From: a virus
Reading direction: 5' to 3' (one strand)
Length of the DNA: 64,000 nucleotides
IMG/VR virus record: IMGVR_UViG_3300045996_004119
Span: 62,111-126,110 of that record
Part shown: positions 63,975-64,000 of the stretch, in pieces
How the letters are laid out: the number at the start of each line of letters is the position of its first letter
Position numbering within the stretch: position 1 is the first letter of the stretch
The notes under the pieces: model-generated
Databases searched by the model: none
What the model saw: only the letters and a program-made list of their open reading frames with translations
Told to the model about the DNA's origin: nothing
Program-made: the position numbers and the translations under genes

Positions 63975-64000
63975 CCCTGCGCGCGGAGCACCGCGGCGAT

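Overview
This very GC-rich 64 kb window is one continuous segment of a contractile-tailed (myovirus-type) phage or prophage with Mu-like head genes. No bacterial housekeeping genes, terminase, integrase or att site are visible, so phage versus prophage cannot be decided here. A Myxococcota/Polyangiales-like host is inferred from Cys-rich lipoproteins, a PHM-like copper monooxygenase and a sigma-region-4 protein family. Layout: (1) about 1-20,032 (+) carries the portal end, MuF, protease/scaffold, major capsid, neck, sheath, tube, frameshifted tail chaperone, tape measure and baseplate; (2) about 20-28 kb carries morons, a fibre-like gene and the lysis cassette; (3) about 29.6-33.5 kb is a second, displaced virion-structural cassette; (4) about 33.6-48.4 kb holds small early/accessory genes with several recognisable sigma70-type promoters sharing a palindromic operator; (5) about 48.4-64 kb holds DNA-metabolism and regulatory genes (methyltransferase-SNF2 helicase fusion, 5'-3' exonuclease, PD-(D/E)xK and HNH nucleases, a sigma factor, a sigma region-4 protein, ASCH). 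The best candidates for undescribed biology are a structured ~270 nt intergenic RNA with a tRNA-Trp-like anticodon arm upstream of a stand-alone Cca-type HD phosphoesterase, a MuF-GNAT putative virion toxin with a candidate immunity gene, a hydrolase-PG-binding-CHAP endolysin beside a possible role-swapped spanin pair, and a TAGACCANTGGTCTA operator regulon. All calls come from reading motifs by eye; no database searches or folding programs were run.
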